Below, one piece after another: positions 37,201-49,200 of a stretch of DNA of 64,000 nucleotides. Numbering within the stretch: the stretch's first letter is position 1; each line of letters opens with the position of its first letter. The position numbers were made by a program, and so were the translations under genes. The notes under the pieces were generated by a model, which did no database searches, was not told the DNA's origin, and saw only the letters and a program-made list of their open reading frames with translations. Source of the DNA: Eledone cirrhosa (lineage: Eukaryota); assembly GCA_964016885.1 (NCBI GenBank), contig OZ024741.1:260152001-260216000 (forward strand), given 5' to 3'.

Positions 37201-40200
37201 GTAGTTGTTGCCGTTTTCTGTGTCAGTGCCGGTGTTGTTGTAGTTGTTGCTGTTTTCTGTGTCAGTGCCAGTGTTGTTGTAGTTGTTGCTGTTTTCTCTG
37301 TCAGTGCCAGTGTTGTTGTTGTTGCTGTTTTCTCTGTCAGTACCAGTGTTGTTGTAGTTGTTGCTGTTTTCTCTGTCAGTGCCAGTGTTGTTGTTGTTGC
37401 TATTTTCACTGTCAGTGCCAGTGTTGTTGTTGTTGCTATTTTCACTGTCAGTGCCAGTGTTGTTGTTGTTACTGTTGCTGTTTTCTGTGTCAGTGTCAGA
37501 GTTGTTGTTGTTACTGTTGCTGTTTTCTGTGCCAGTGTTATTGTTGCTGTTGTTGCTGTTTTGTCTGTCAGTGCCAGTGTTGTAGTTGTTGCTGTTTTCT
37601 CTGTCAGTGCCAGTGTTGTTGTAGTTGTTGCTGTTTTCTGTGTCAGTGCCAGTGTTGTTGTTGTTGCTGTTTTCTGTGTCAGTGCCAGTGTTGTTTTTGT
37701 TGCTATTTTCACTGTCAGTGCCAGTGTTGTTGCTGTTGCTGTTTTCTCTGTCAGTGCCAGTGATGTTGTACTTATTGCTGTTTTCTGTGTCAGTGCCACT
37801 GTTGTTGTTGCTGTTTTCTGTGTCAGTGCCAGTGTTGTTGTTGTTGCTGTTTTCTCTGTCAGTGCCAGTGTTGTTGCTGTTTTCTCTGTCAGTGCCAGTG
37901 TTGTTGTTGTTGCTGTTTTCTGTGTCAGTGCCAGTGTTGTTGTTGTTGCTGTTTTCTGTGTCAGTGCCAGTCTTGTTGTAGTTGTTGCTGTTTTCTGTGT
38001 CAGTGCCAGTGTTGTTTTAGTTGTTGCTGTTTTCTCTGTCAGTGCCAGTGTTGTTGTAGCTGTTGCTGTTTTCTGTGTCAGTGCCAGTGTTGTTGTAGTT
38101 GTTGCTGTTTTCTCTGTCAGTGCCAGTGTTGTTGTAGTTGTTGCTGTTTTCTGTGTCAGTGCCAGTGTTGTTGTTGCTGTTTTCTCTGTCAGTGCCAGTG
38201 TTGTTGTAGTTGTTGCTGTTTTCTCTGTCAGTGCCAGTTTTGTTGTAGTTGTTGCTGTTTTCTGTGTCAGTGCCAGTGATGTTGTAGTTGTTGCTGTTTT
38301 CTGTGTCAGTGCCAGTGTTGTTGTAGTTGTTGCTGTTTTCTGTGTCAGTGCCAGTGTTGTTGTAGTTGTTGCTGTTTTCTCTGTCAGTGCCAGTGTTGTT
38401 GTAGTTGTTGCTGTTTTCTCTGTCAGTGCCAGTGTTGTTGTAGCTGTTGCTGTTTTCTGTGTCAGTGCCAGTGTTGTTGCTGTTGCTGTTTTCTCTGTCA
38501 GTGCCAGTGTTGTTGTAGTTGTTGCTGTTTTCTCTGTCAGTGCCAGTGTTGTTGTTGTTGCTGTTTTCTCTGTCAGTGCCAGTGTTGTTGTAGTTGTTGA
38601 TGTTTTCTCTGTCAGTGACAGTGTTGTTGTAGTTGTTGCTGTTTTATGTGTCAGTGCCAGTGTTGTTGCTGTTGTTGCTGTTTTCTGTGTCAGTGCCAGT
38701 GTTGTTGTTGCTGTTTTCTCTGTCAGTGCCAGTGTTTTTGTTGTTGCTGTTTTCTGTGCCAGTGCCAGTGTTGTTGTAGTTGTTGCTGTTTTCTCTGTCA
38801 GTGCCAGTGTTGTTGTAGTTGTTGCTGTTTTCTCTGTCAGTGCCAGTGTTGTTGTAGTTGTTGCTGTTTTCTGTGTCAGTGCCAGTGTTGTTGTTGTTGT
38901 TGCTGTTTTCTCTGTCAGTGCCAGTGTTGTTGTACTTATTGCTGTTTTCTGTGTCAGTGCCACTGTTGTTGTTGCTGTTTTCTGTGTCAGTGCCAGTGTT
39001 GTTGTTGTTGCTGTTTTCTCTGTCAGTGCCAGTGTTGTTGTTGCTGTTTTCTCTGTCAGTGCCAGTGTTGTTGTTGTTGCTGTTTTCTGTGTCAGTGCCA
39101 TTGTTATTGCTGTTGTTGCTGTTTTCTATGTCAGTGCCAGTGTTGTTGTTGCTGTTGTTGCTGTTTTCTGTGTCAGTGCCACTGTTGTTGTTGCTGTTTT
39201 CTGTGTCTGTGCCAGTGTTGTTGTTGTTGCTGTTTTCTCTGTCAGTGCCAGTGTTGTTGTTGCTGTTTTCTCTGTCAGTGCCAGTGTTGTTGTTGTTGCT
39301 GTTTTCTGTGTCAGTGCCAGTGTTGTTGTAGTTGTTGCTGTTTTCTGTGTCAGTGCCAGTGTTGTTGTAGTTGTTGCTGTTTTCTGTGTCAGTGCCAGTG
39401 TTGTTGTAGTTGTTGCTGTTTTCTGTGTCAGTGCCAGTGTTGTTGTTGTTGTTGCTGTTTTCTCTGTCAGTGCCAGTGTTGTAGTTGTTGCTGTTTTCTC
39501 TGTCAGTGCCAGTGTTGTTGTAGTTGTTGCTGTTTTCTGTGTCAGTGCCAGTGTTGTTGTAGTTGCTGTTTTCTGTGTCAGTGCCAGTGTTGTTGTCGCT
39601 ATTTTCACTGTCAGTGCCAGTGTTGTTGCTGTTGCTGTTTTCTCTGTCAGTGCCAGTGATGTTGTAGTTGTTGCTGTTTTCTGTGTTAGTGCCAGTGTTG
39701 TTGCCGTTTCTGTTTTCTCTGTCAGTGCCAGTGTTGTTGTAGTTGTTGCTGTTTTCTCTGTCAGTGCCAGTGTTGTTGTTGCTGTTTTCTCTGTCAGTGC
39801 CAGTGTTGTTGTTGTTGCTGTTTTCTGTGTCAGTGCCAGTGTTGTTGTAGTTGTTGCTGTTTTCTCTGTGAGTGCCAGTGTTGTTGTAGTTGTTGCTGTT
39901 TTCTGTGTCAGTGCCAGTGTTGTTGTAGTTGTTGCTGTTTTCTTTGTCAGTGCCAGTGTTGTTGTTGTTGCTGTTTTCTCTGTCAGTGCCAGTGTTGTAG
40001 TTGTTGCTGTTTTCTCTGTCAGTGCCAGTGTTGTTGTTGTTGCTGTTTTCTCTGTCAGTGCCAGTGTTGTTGTTGTTGCTATTTTCACTGTCAGTGCCAG
40101 TGTTGTTGTTGTTACTGTTGCTGTTTTCTGTGTCAGTGCCAGTGTTGTTGTTGTTACTGTTGCTGTTTTCTGTGCCAGTGCCAGTGTTATTGTTGCTGTT

Positions 40201-43200
40201 GTTGCTGTTTTGTCTGTCAGTGCCAGTGTTGTAGTTGTTGCTGTTTTCTCCGTCAGTGCCAGCGTTGTTGTAGTTGTTGCTGTTTTCTGTGTCAGTGCCA
40301 GTGTTGTTGTTGTTGCTGTTTTCTGTGTCAGTGCCAGTGTTGTTGTTGTTGCTATTTTCACTGTCAGTGCCAGTGTTGTTGCTGTTGCTGTTTTCTCTGT
40401 CAGTGCCAGTGATGTTGTAGTTGTTGCTGTTTTCTGTGTCAGTGCCAGTGTTGTTGCTGTTGCTGTTTTCTCTGTCAGTGCCAGTGTTGTTGTAGTTGTT
40501 GCTGCTTTCTCTGTCAGTGCCAGTGTTGTTGTAGTTGTTTCTGTTTTCTGTGTTAGTGCCAGTGTTGTTGTTGTTGCTGTTTTCTCTGTCAGTGCCAGTG
40601 TTGTTGTAGTTGTTGCTGTTTTCTGTGTCAGTGCCACTGTTGTTGTTGCTGTTTTCTGTGTCTGTGCCAGTGTTGTTGTTGTTGCTGTTTTCTCTGTCAG
40701 TGCCAGTGTTGTTGTTGCTGTTTTCTCTGTCAGTGCCAGTGTTGTTGTTGTTGCTGTTTTCTGTGTCAGTGCCAGTGTTGTTGTAGTTGTTGCTGTTTTC
40801 TGTGTCAGTGCCAGTGTTGTTGTAGTTGTTGCTGTTTTCTGTGTCAGTGCCGGTGTTGTTGTAGTTGTTGCTGTTTTCTGTGTCAGTGCCAGTGTTGTTG
40901 TAGTTGTTGCTGTTTTCTCTGTCAGTGCCAGTGTTGTTGTTGTTGCTGTTTTCTCTGTCAGTGCCAGTGTTGTTGTAGTTGTTTCTCTGTCAGTGCCAGT
41001 GTAGTTGTTGTTGCTGTTTTCTCTGTCAGTGCCAGTGTTGTTGTAGTTGTTGCTGTTTTCTGTGTCTGTGCCAGTGTTGTTGTAGTTGTTGCTGTTTTCT
41101 GTGTCAGTGCCGGTGTTGTTGTTGTTGCTGTTTTCTCTGTCAGTGCCAGTGTTGTTGTTGCTGTTTTCTCTGTCAGTGCCAGTGTTGTTGTAGTTGTTGC
41201 TGTTTTCTGTGTCAGTGCCAGTGTTGTTGTAGTTGTTGCTGTTTTCTCTGTCAGTGCCAGTGTTGTTGTAGGTGTTGCTCTTTTCTGTGTCAGTGCCAGT
41301 GTTATTGTTGCTGTTTTCTCTGTCAGTGCCAGTGTTGTTGTTGCTGTTGTTGCTGTTTTCTGTGTCAGTGCCAGTGTTGTTGTTGCTGTTTTCTCTGTCA
41401 GTGCCAGTGTTGTTGTAGTTGTTGCTGTTTTCTGTGTCAGTGCCAGTGTTGTTGTAGTTGTTGCTGTTTTCTCTATCAGTGCCAGTGTTGTTGTAGTTGT
41501 TGCTGTTTTCTGTGTCAGTGCCAGTGTTGTTGTTGTTGCTGTTTTCTCTGTCAGTGCCAGTGTTGTTGTAGTTGTTGCTGTTTTCTCTGTCAGTGCCAGT
41601 TTTGTTGTAGTTGTTGCTGTTTTCTGTGTCAGAGCCAGTGTTGTTGTAGTTGTTGCTGTTTTCTCTGTCAGTGCCAGTGTTGTTGTTGCTGTTTTCTCTG
41701 TCAGTGCCAGTGTTGTAGTTGTTGCTGTTTTCTCTGTCAGTGCCAGTGTTGTTGTTGTTGTTGCTGTTTTCTCTGTAAGTGTTGTTGTTGTTGCTATTTT
41801 CACTGTCAGTGCCAGTGTTGTTGTTGTTGCTGTTTTCTGTGTCAGTGCCAGTGTTGTTGTTGTTACTGTTGCTGTTTTCTGTGTCAGTGCCAGTCTTGTT
41901 GTTGTTACTGTTGCTGTTTTCTGTGCCAGAGCCAGTGTTATTGTTGCTGTTGTTGCTGTTTTCTGTGTCAGTGCCACTGTTGTTGTTGCTGTTGTTGCTG
42001 TTTTCTGTGTCAGTGCCAGTGTTGTTGCTGTTGTTGCTGTTTTCTGTGTCAGTGCCAGTGTTGTTGCTGTTGTTGCTGTTTTCTGTGTCAGTGCCAGTGT
42101 TGTTGTTGCTGTTGATGCTGTTTTCCGTGCCAGTGTTGTTGTAGTTGTTGCTGTTTTCTGTGTCAGTGCCGGTGTTGTTGTTGTATCTGTTTTCTCTGTC
42201 AGTGCCAGTGTTGTTGTTGTTGCTGTTTTCTGTGTCAGTGCCAGTGTTGTTGTAGTTGTTGCTGTTTTCTGTGTCAGTACCAGTGTTGTTGTAGTTGTTG
42301 CTGTTTTCTGTGTCAGTGCCAGTGTTGTTGTAGTTGTTGCTGTTTTCTCTGTCAGTGCCAGTGTTGTTGTAGTTGTTGCTGTTTTCTCTGTCAGTGCCAG
42401 TGTTGTTGTAGTTGTTGCTGTTTTCTGTGTCAATGCCAGTGTTGTTGTTGCTGTTTTCTCTGTCAGTGCCAATGTTGTTGTAGTTGTTGCTGTTTTCTGT
42501 GTCAGTGCCAGTGTTGTTGTAGTTGTTGCTGTTTTCTCTGTCAGTGCCAGTGTTGTTGTTGTTGCTGTTTTCTCTGTCAGTGCCAGTGTTGTTGTAGTTG
42601 TTGCTGTTTTCTGTGTCAGTGCCAGTGTTGTTGTAGTTGTTGCTGTTTTCTGTGTCAGTGCCGGTGTTGTTGTTGTTGCTGTTTTCTCTGTCAGTGCCAG
42701 TGTTGTGGTTGCTGTTTTCTCTGTCAGTGCCAGTGTTGTTGTAGTTGTTGCTGTTTTCTCTGTCAGTGCCAGTGTTGTAGTTGTTGCTGTTTTCTGTGTC
42801 AGTGCCAGTGTTGTTGTTGTTGCTGTTTTCTCTGTCAGTGCCAGTGTTGTTGTAGTTGTTGCTGTTTTCTCTGTCAGTGCCAGTGTTGTTGTAGTTGTTG
42901 CTGTTTTCTGTGTCAGTGCCGGTGTTGTTGTTGTTGCTGTTTTCTCTGTCAGTGCCAGTGTTGTTGTTGTTGCTGTTTTCTCTGTCAGTACCAGTGTTTG
43001 TGTTGTTGCTGTTTTCTGTGTCAGTGCCAGTGTTGTTGTTGTTGCTGTTTTCTGTGTCAGTGCCAGTGTTGTTGTAGTTGTTGCTGTTTTCTGTGTCAGT
43101 GCCAGTGTTGTTGTAGTTGTTGCTGTTTTCTCTGTCAGTGTCAGTGTTGTTGTAGTTGTTGCTGTTTTCTGTGTCAGTGCCAGTGTTGTTGTAGTTGTTG

Positions 43201-46200
43201 CTGTTTTCTGTGTCAGTGCCAGTGTTGTTGTTGTTGCTGTTTTCTCTGTCAGTGCCAGTGTTGTTGTAGTTGTTGCTGTTTTCTGTGTCAGTGCCAGTGT
43301 TATTGTAGCTGTTGCTATTTTCTCTGTCAGTGCCAGTGTTGTTGTAGTTGTTGCTGTTTTCTGTGTCAGTGCCAGTGTTGTTGTTGCTGTTTTCTCTGTC
43401 AGTGCCAGTGTTGTTGTAGTTGTTGCTGTTTTCTCTGTCAGTGTCAGTTTTGTTGTAGTTTTTGCTGTTTTCTGTGTCAGTGCCAGTGTTGTTGTAGTTG
43501 TTGCTGTTTTCTTTGTCAGTGCCAGTGTTGTTGTTGTTGCTGTTTTCTCTGTCAGTGCCAGTGTTGTAGTTGTTGCTGTTTTCTCTGTCAGTGCCAGTGT
43601 TGTTGTTGTTGTTGCTGTTTTCTCTGTCAGTGCCAGTGTTGTTGTTGTTGCTATTTTCACTGTCAGTGCCAGTGTTGTTGTTGTTGCTATTTTCACTGTC
43701 AGTGCCAGTGTTGTTGTTGTTACTGTTGCTGTTTTCTGTGTCAGTGTCAGAGTTGTTGTTGTTACTGTTGCTGTTTTCTGTGCCAGTGTTATTGTTGCTG
43801 TTGTTGCTGTTTTGTCTGTCAGTGCCAGTGTTGTAGTTGTTGCTGTTTTCTCTGTCAGTGCTAGTGTTGTTGTAGTTGTTGCTGTTTTCTGTGTCAGTGC
43901 CAGTGCTGTTGTTGTTGCTGTTTTCTATGTCAGTGCCAGTGTTGTAGTTGTTGCTGTTTTCTCTGTCAGTGCCAGTGTTGTTGTTGTTGCTGTTTTCTCT
44001 GTCAGTGCCAGTGTTGTTGTTGTTGCTATTTTCACTGTCAGTGCCAGTGTTGTTGTTGTTGTTGCTATTTTCACTGTCAGTGCCAGTGTTGTTGTTGTTA
44101 CTGTTGCTGTTTTCTGTGTCAGTGCCAGTGTTGTTGTTGTTACTGTTGCTGTTTTCTGTGCCAGTGCCAGTGTTATTGTTGCTGTTGTTGCTGTTTTGTC
44201 TGTCAGTGCCAGTGTTGTAGTTGTTGCTGTTTTCTCCGTCAGTGCCAGTGTTGTTGTAGTTGTTGCTGTTTTCTGTGTCAGTGCCAGTGTTGTTGTAGTT
44301 GCTGTTTTCTGTGTCAGTGCCAGTGTTGTTGTTGTTGCTATTTTCACTGTCAGTGCCAGTGTTGTTGCTGTTGCTGTTTTCTCTGTCAGTGCCAGTGATG
44401 TTGTAGTTGTTGCTGTTTTCTGTGTTAGTGCCAGTGTTGTTGTAGTTGTTGCTGTTTTCTGTGTCAGTGCCAGTGTTGTTGTTGTTGTTGCTGTTTTCTC
44501 TGTCAGTGCCAGTGTTGTTGTAGTTGTTGCTGCTTTCTCTGTCAGTGCCAGTGTTGTTGTAGTTGTTGCTGTTTTCTGTGTCAATGCCAGTGTTGTTGTT
44601 GTTGCTGTTTTCTCTGTCAGTGCCAGTGTTGTTGTAGTTGTTGCTGTTTTCTGTGTCAGTGCCACTGTTGTTGTTGCTGTTTTCTGTGTCAGTGCCAGTG
44701 TTGTTGTTGTTGCTGTTTTCTCTGTCAGTGCCAGTGTAGTTGTTGCTGTTTTCTCTGTCAGTGCAAGTGTTGTTGTTGTTGCTGTTTTCTGTGTCAGTGC
44801 CATTGTTATTGCTGTTGTTGCTGTTTTCTGTGTCAGTGCCAGTGTTGTTGTTGCTGTTGTTGCTGTTTTCTGTGTCAGTGCCAGTGTTGTTGCTGTTGCT
44901 GTTTTCTCTGTCAGTGCCAGTGTTGTTGTAGTTGTTGCTGTTTTCTCTGTCAGTGCCAGTGTTGTAGTTGTTGCTGTTTTCTGTGTCAGTGCCAGTGTTG
45001 TTGTTGTTGCTGTTTTCTCTGTCAGTGCCAGTGTTGTTGTAGTTGTTGCTGTTTTCTCTGTCAGTGCCAGTGTTGTTGTAGTTGTTGCTGTTTTCTGTGT
45101 CAGTACCGGTGTTGTTGTTGTTGCTGTTTTCTCTGTCAGTGCCAGTGTTGTTGTTGTTGCTGTTTTCTCTGTCAGTGCCAGTGTTGTTGTTGTTGCTGTT
45201 TTCTGTGTCAGTGCCAGTGTTGTTGTTGTTGCTGTTTTCTCTGTCAGTGCCAGTGTTGTTGTACTTATTGCTGTTTTCTGTGTCAGTGCCACTGTTGTTG
45301 TTGCTGTTTTCTGTGTCAGTGCCAGTGTTGTTGTTGTTGCTGTTTTCTCTGTCAGTGCCAGTGTTGTTGTAGTTGTTGCTGTTTTCTGTGTCAGTGCCAC
45401 TGTTGTTGTTGCTGTTTTCTGTGTCAGTGCCAGTGTTGTTGTTGTTGCTGTTTTCTATGTCAGTGCCAGTGTTGTTGTTGCTGTTGTTGCTGTTTTCTGT
45501 GTCAGTGCTGTTGCTGTTTCTGTTTTCTCTGTCAGTGCCAGTGTTGTTGTTGTTGCTGTTTTCTCTGTCAGTGCCAGTGTTGTTGTTGTTGCTGTTTTCT
45601 GTGTCAGTGCCAGTGTTGTTGTTGTTGCTGTTTTCTGTGTCAGTGCCAGTTTTGTTGTAGTTGTTGCTGTTTTCTGTGTCAGTGCCAGTGTTGTTGTAGT
45701 TGTTGCTGTTTTCTGTGTCAGTGCCAGTGTTGTTGTAGTTGTTGCTGTTTTCTCTGTGAGTGCCAGTGTTGTTGTAGTTGTTGCTGTTTTCTGTGTCAGT
45801 GCCAGTGTTGTTGTAGTTGTTGCTGTTTTCTTTGTCAGTGCCAGTGTTGTTGTTGTTGCTGTTTTCTCTGTCAGTGCCAGTGTTGTAGTTGTTGCTGTTT
45901 TCTCTGTCAGTGCCAGTGTTGTTGTTGTTGCTGTTTTCTCTGTCAGTGCCAGTGTTGTTGTTGTTGCTATTTTCACTGTCAGTGCCAGTGTTGTTGTTGT
46001 TGTTGCTATTTTCACTGTCAGTGCCAGTGTTGTTGTTGTTACTGTTGCTGTTTTCTGTGTCAGTGCCAGTGTTGTTGTTGTTACTGTTGCTGTTTTCTGT
46101 GCCAGTGCCAGTGTTATTGTTGCTGTTGTTGCTGTTTTGTCTGTCAGTGCCAGTGTTGTAGTTGTTGCTGTTTTCTCCGTCAGTGCCAGTGTTGTTGTAG

Positions 46201-49200
46201 TTGTTGCTGTTTTCTGTGTCAGTGCCAGTGTTGTTGTTGTTGCTGTTTTCTGTGTCAGTGCCAGTGTTGTTGTTGTTGCTATTTTCACTGTCAGTGCCAG
46301 TGTTGTTGCTGTTGCTGTTTTCTCTGTCAGTGCCAGTGATGTTGTAGTTGTTGCTGTTTTCTGTGTTAGTGCCAGTGTTGTTGTAGTTGTTGCTGTTTTC
46401 TGTGTCAGTGCCAGTGTTGTTGCGGTTGCTGTTTTCTCTGTCAGTGCCAGTGTTGTTGTAGTTGTTGCTGCTTTCTCTGTCAGTGCCAGTGTTGTTGTAG
46501 TTGTTTCTGTTTTCTGTGTTAGTGCCAGTGTTGTTGTTGTGGCTGTTTTCTCTGTCAGTGCCAGTGTTGTTGTAGTTGTTGCTGTTTTCTGTGTCAGTGC
46601 CACTGTTGTTGTTGCTGTTTTCTGTGTCTGTGCCAGTGTTGTTGTTGTTGCTGTTTTCTCTGTCAGTGCCAGTGTTGTTGTTGCTGTTTTCTCTGTCAGT
46701 GCCAGTGTTGTTGTTGTTGATGTTTTCTGTGTCAGTGCCAGTGTTGTTGTAGTTGTTGCTGTTTTCTGTGTCAGTGCCAGTGTTGTTGTAGTTGTTGCTG
46801 TTTTCTCTGTGAGTGCCAGTGTTGTTGTAGTTGTTGCTGTTTTCTGTGTCAGTGCCAGTGTTGTTGTAGTTGTTGCTGTTTTCTTTGTCAGTGCCAGTGT
46901 TGTAGTTGTTGCTGTTTTCTCTGTCAGTGCCAGTGTTGTTGTTGTTGTTGCTGTTTTCTCTGTCAGTGCCAGTGTTGTTGTTGTTGCTATTTTCACTGTC
47001 AGTGCCAGTGTTGTTGTTGTTGTTGCTATTTTCACTGTCAGTGCCAGTGTTGTTGTTGTTACTGTTGCTGTTTTCTGTGTCAGTGCCAGTGTTGTTGTAG
47101 TTGTTGCTGTTTTCTGTGTCAGTGCCAGTGTTGTTGTAGTTGTTGCTGTTTTCTGTGTCAGTGCCAGTGTTGTTGTAGTTGTTGCTGTTTTTTCTGTCAG
47201 TGCCAGTGTTGTTGTTGTTGTTGCTGTTTTCTCTGTCAGTGCCAGTGTTGTAGTTGTTGCTGTTTTCTCTGTCAGTGCCAGTGTTGTTGTAGTTGTTGCT
47301 GTTTTCTGTGTCAGTGCCAGTGTTGTTGTTGCTGTTTTCTCTGTCAGTGCCAGTGTTGTTGTAGTTGTTGCTGTTTTCTCTGTCAGTGTCAGTTTTGTTG
47401 TAGTTTTTGCTGTTTTCTGTGTCAGTGCCAGTGTTGTTGTAGTTGTTGCTGTTTTCTTTGTCAGTGCCAGTGTTGTTGTTGTTGCTGTTTTCTCTGTCAG
47501 TGCCAGTGTTGTAGTTGTTGCTGTTTTCTCTGTCAGTGCCAGTGTTGTTGTTGTTGTTGCTGTTTTCTCTGTCAGTGCCAGTGTTGTTGTTGTTGCTATT
47601 TTCACAGTCAGTGCCAGTGTTGTTGTTGTTGCTATTTTCACTGTCAGTGCCAGTGTTGTTGTTGTTACTGTTGCTGTTTTCTGTGTCAGTGTCAGAGTTG
47701 TTGTTGTTACTGTTGCTGTTTTCTGTGCCAGTGTTATTGTTGCTGTTGTTGCTGTTTTGTCTGTCAGTGCCAGTGTTGTAGTTGTTGCTGTTTTCTCTGT
47801 CAGTGCCAGTGTTGTTGTAGTTGTTGCTGTTTTCTGTGTCAGTGCCAGTGTTGTTGTTGTTGCTGTTTTCTGTGTCAGTGCCAGTGTTGTTTTTGTTGCT
47901 ATTTTCACTGTCAGTGCCAGTGTTGTTGCTGTTGCTGTTTTCTCTGTCAGTGCCAGTGATGTTGTAGTTGTTGCTGTTTTCTGTGTTAGTGCCAGTGTTG
48001 TTGTAGTTGTTGCTGCTTTTTGTGTCAGTGCCAGTGTTGTTGCTGTTGCTGTTTTCTCTGTCAGTGCCAGTGTTGTTGTAGTTGTTGCTGCTTTCTCTGT
48101 CAGTGCCAGTGTTGTTGTAGTTGTTTCTGTTTTCTGTGTCAGTGCCAGTGTTGTTGTTGTTGCTGTTTTCTCTGTCAGTGCCAGGGTTGTTGTAGTTGTT
48201 GCTGTTTTCTGTGTCAGTGCCACTGTTGTTGTTGCTGTTTTCTGTGTCTGTGCCAGTGTTGTTGTTGTTGCTGTTTTCTGTGTCAGTGCCAGTGTTGTTG
48301 TAGTTGTTGCTGTTTTCTGTGTCAGTGCCAGTGTTGTTGTAGTTGTTGCTGTTTTCTGTGTCAGTGCCAGTGTTGTTGTAGTTGTTGCTGTTTTCTCTGT
48401 CAGTGCCAGTGTTGTTGTTGTTGTTGCTGTTTTCTCTGTCAGTGCCAGTGTTGTAGTTGTTGCTGTTTTCTCTGTCAGTGCCAGTGTTGTTGTAGTTGTT
48501 GCTGTTTTCTGTGTCAGTGCCAGTGTTGTTGTAGTTGCTGTTTTCTGTGTCAGTGCCAGTGTTGTTGTTGTTGCTATTTTCACTGTCAGTGCCAGTGTTG
48601 TTGCTGTTGCTGTTTTCTCTGTCAGTGCCAGTGATGTTGTAGTTGTTGCTGTTTTCTGTGTTAGTGCCAGTGTTGTTGTAGTTGTTGCTGTTTTCTGTGT
48701 CAGTGCCAGTGTTGTTGTTGTTGTTGCTGTTTTCTCTGTCAGTGCCAGTGTTGTTGTAGTTGTTGCTGCTTTCTCTGTCAGTGCCAGTGTTGTTGTAGTT
48801 GTTGCTGTTTTCTGTGTCAATGCCAGTGTTGTTGTTGTTGCTGTTTTCTCTGTCAGTACCAGTGTTGTTGTAGTTGTTGCTGTTTTCTGTGTCAGTGCCA
48901 CTGTTGTTGTTGCTGTTTTCTGTGTCAGTGCCAGTGTTGTTGTTGTTGTTGCTGTTTTCTCTGTCAGTGCCAGTGTTGTTGTTGCTGTTTTCTCTGTCAG
49001 TGCCAGTGTTGTTGTTGTTGCTGTTTTCTGTGTCAGTGCCAGTGTTGTTGTAGTTGTTGCTGTTTTCTGTGTCAGTGCCAGTGTTGTTGTAGTTGTTGCT
49101 GTTTTCTGTGTCAGTGCCAGTGTTGTTGTAGTTGTTGCTGTTTTCTCTGTGAGTGCCAGTGTTGTTGTAGTTGTTTTTGTTTTCTGTGTCAGTGCCAGTG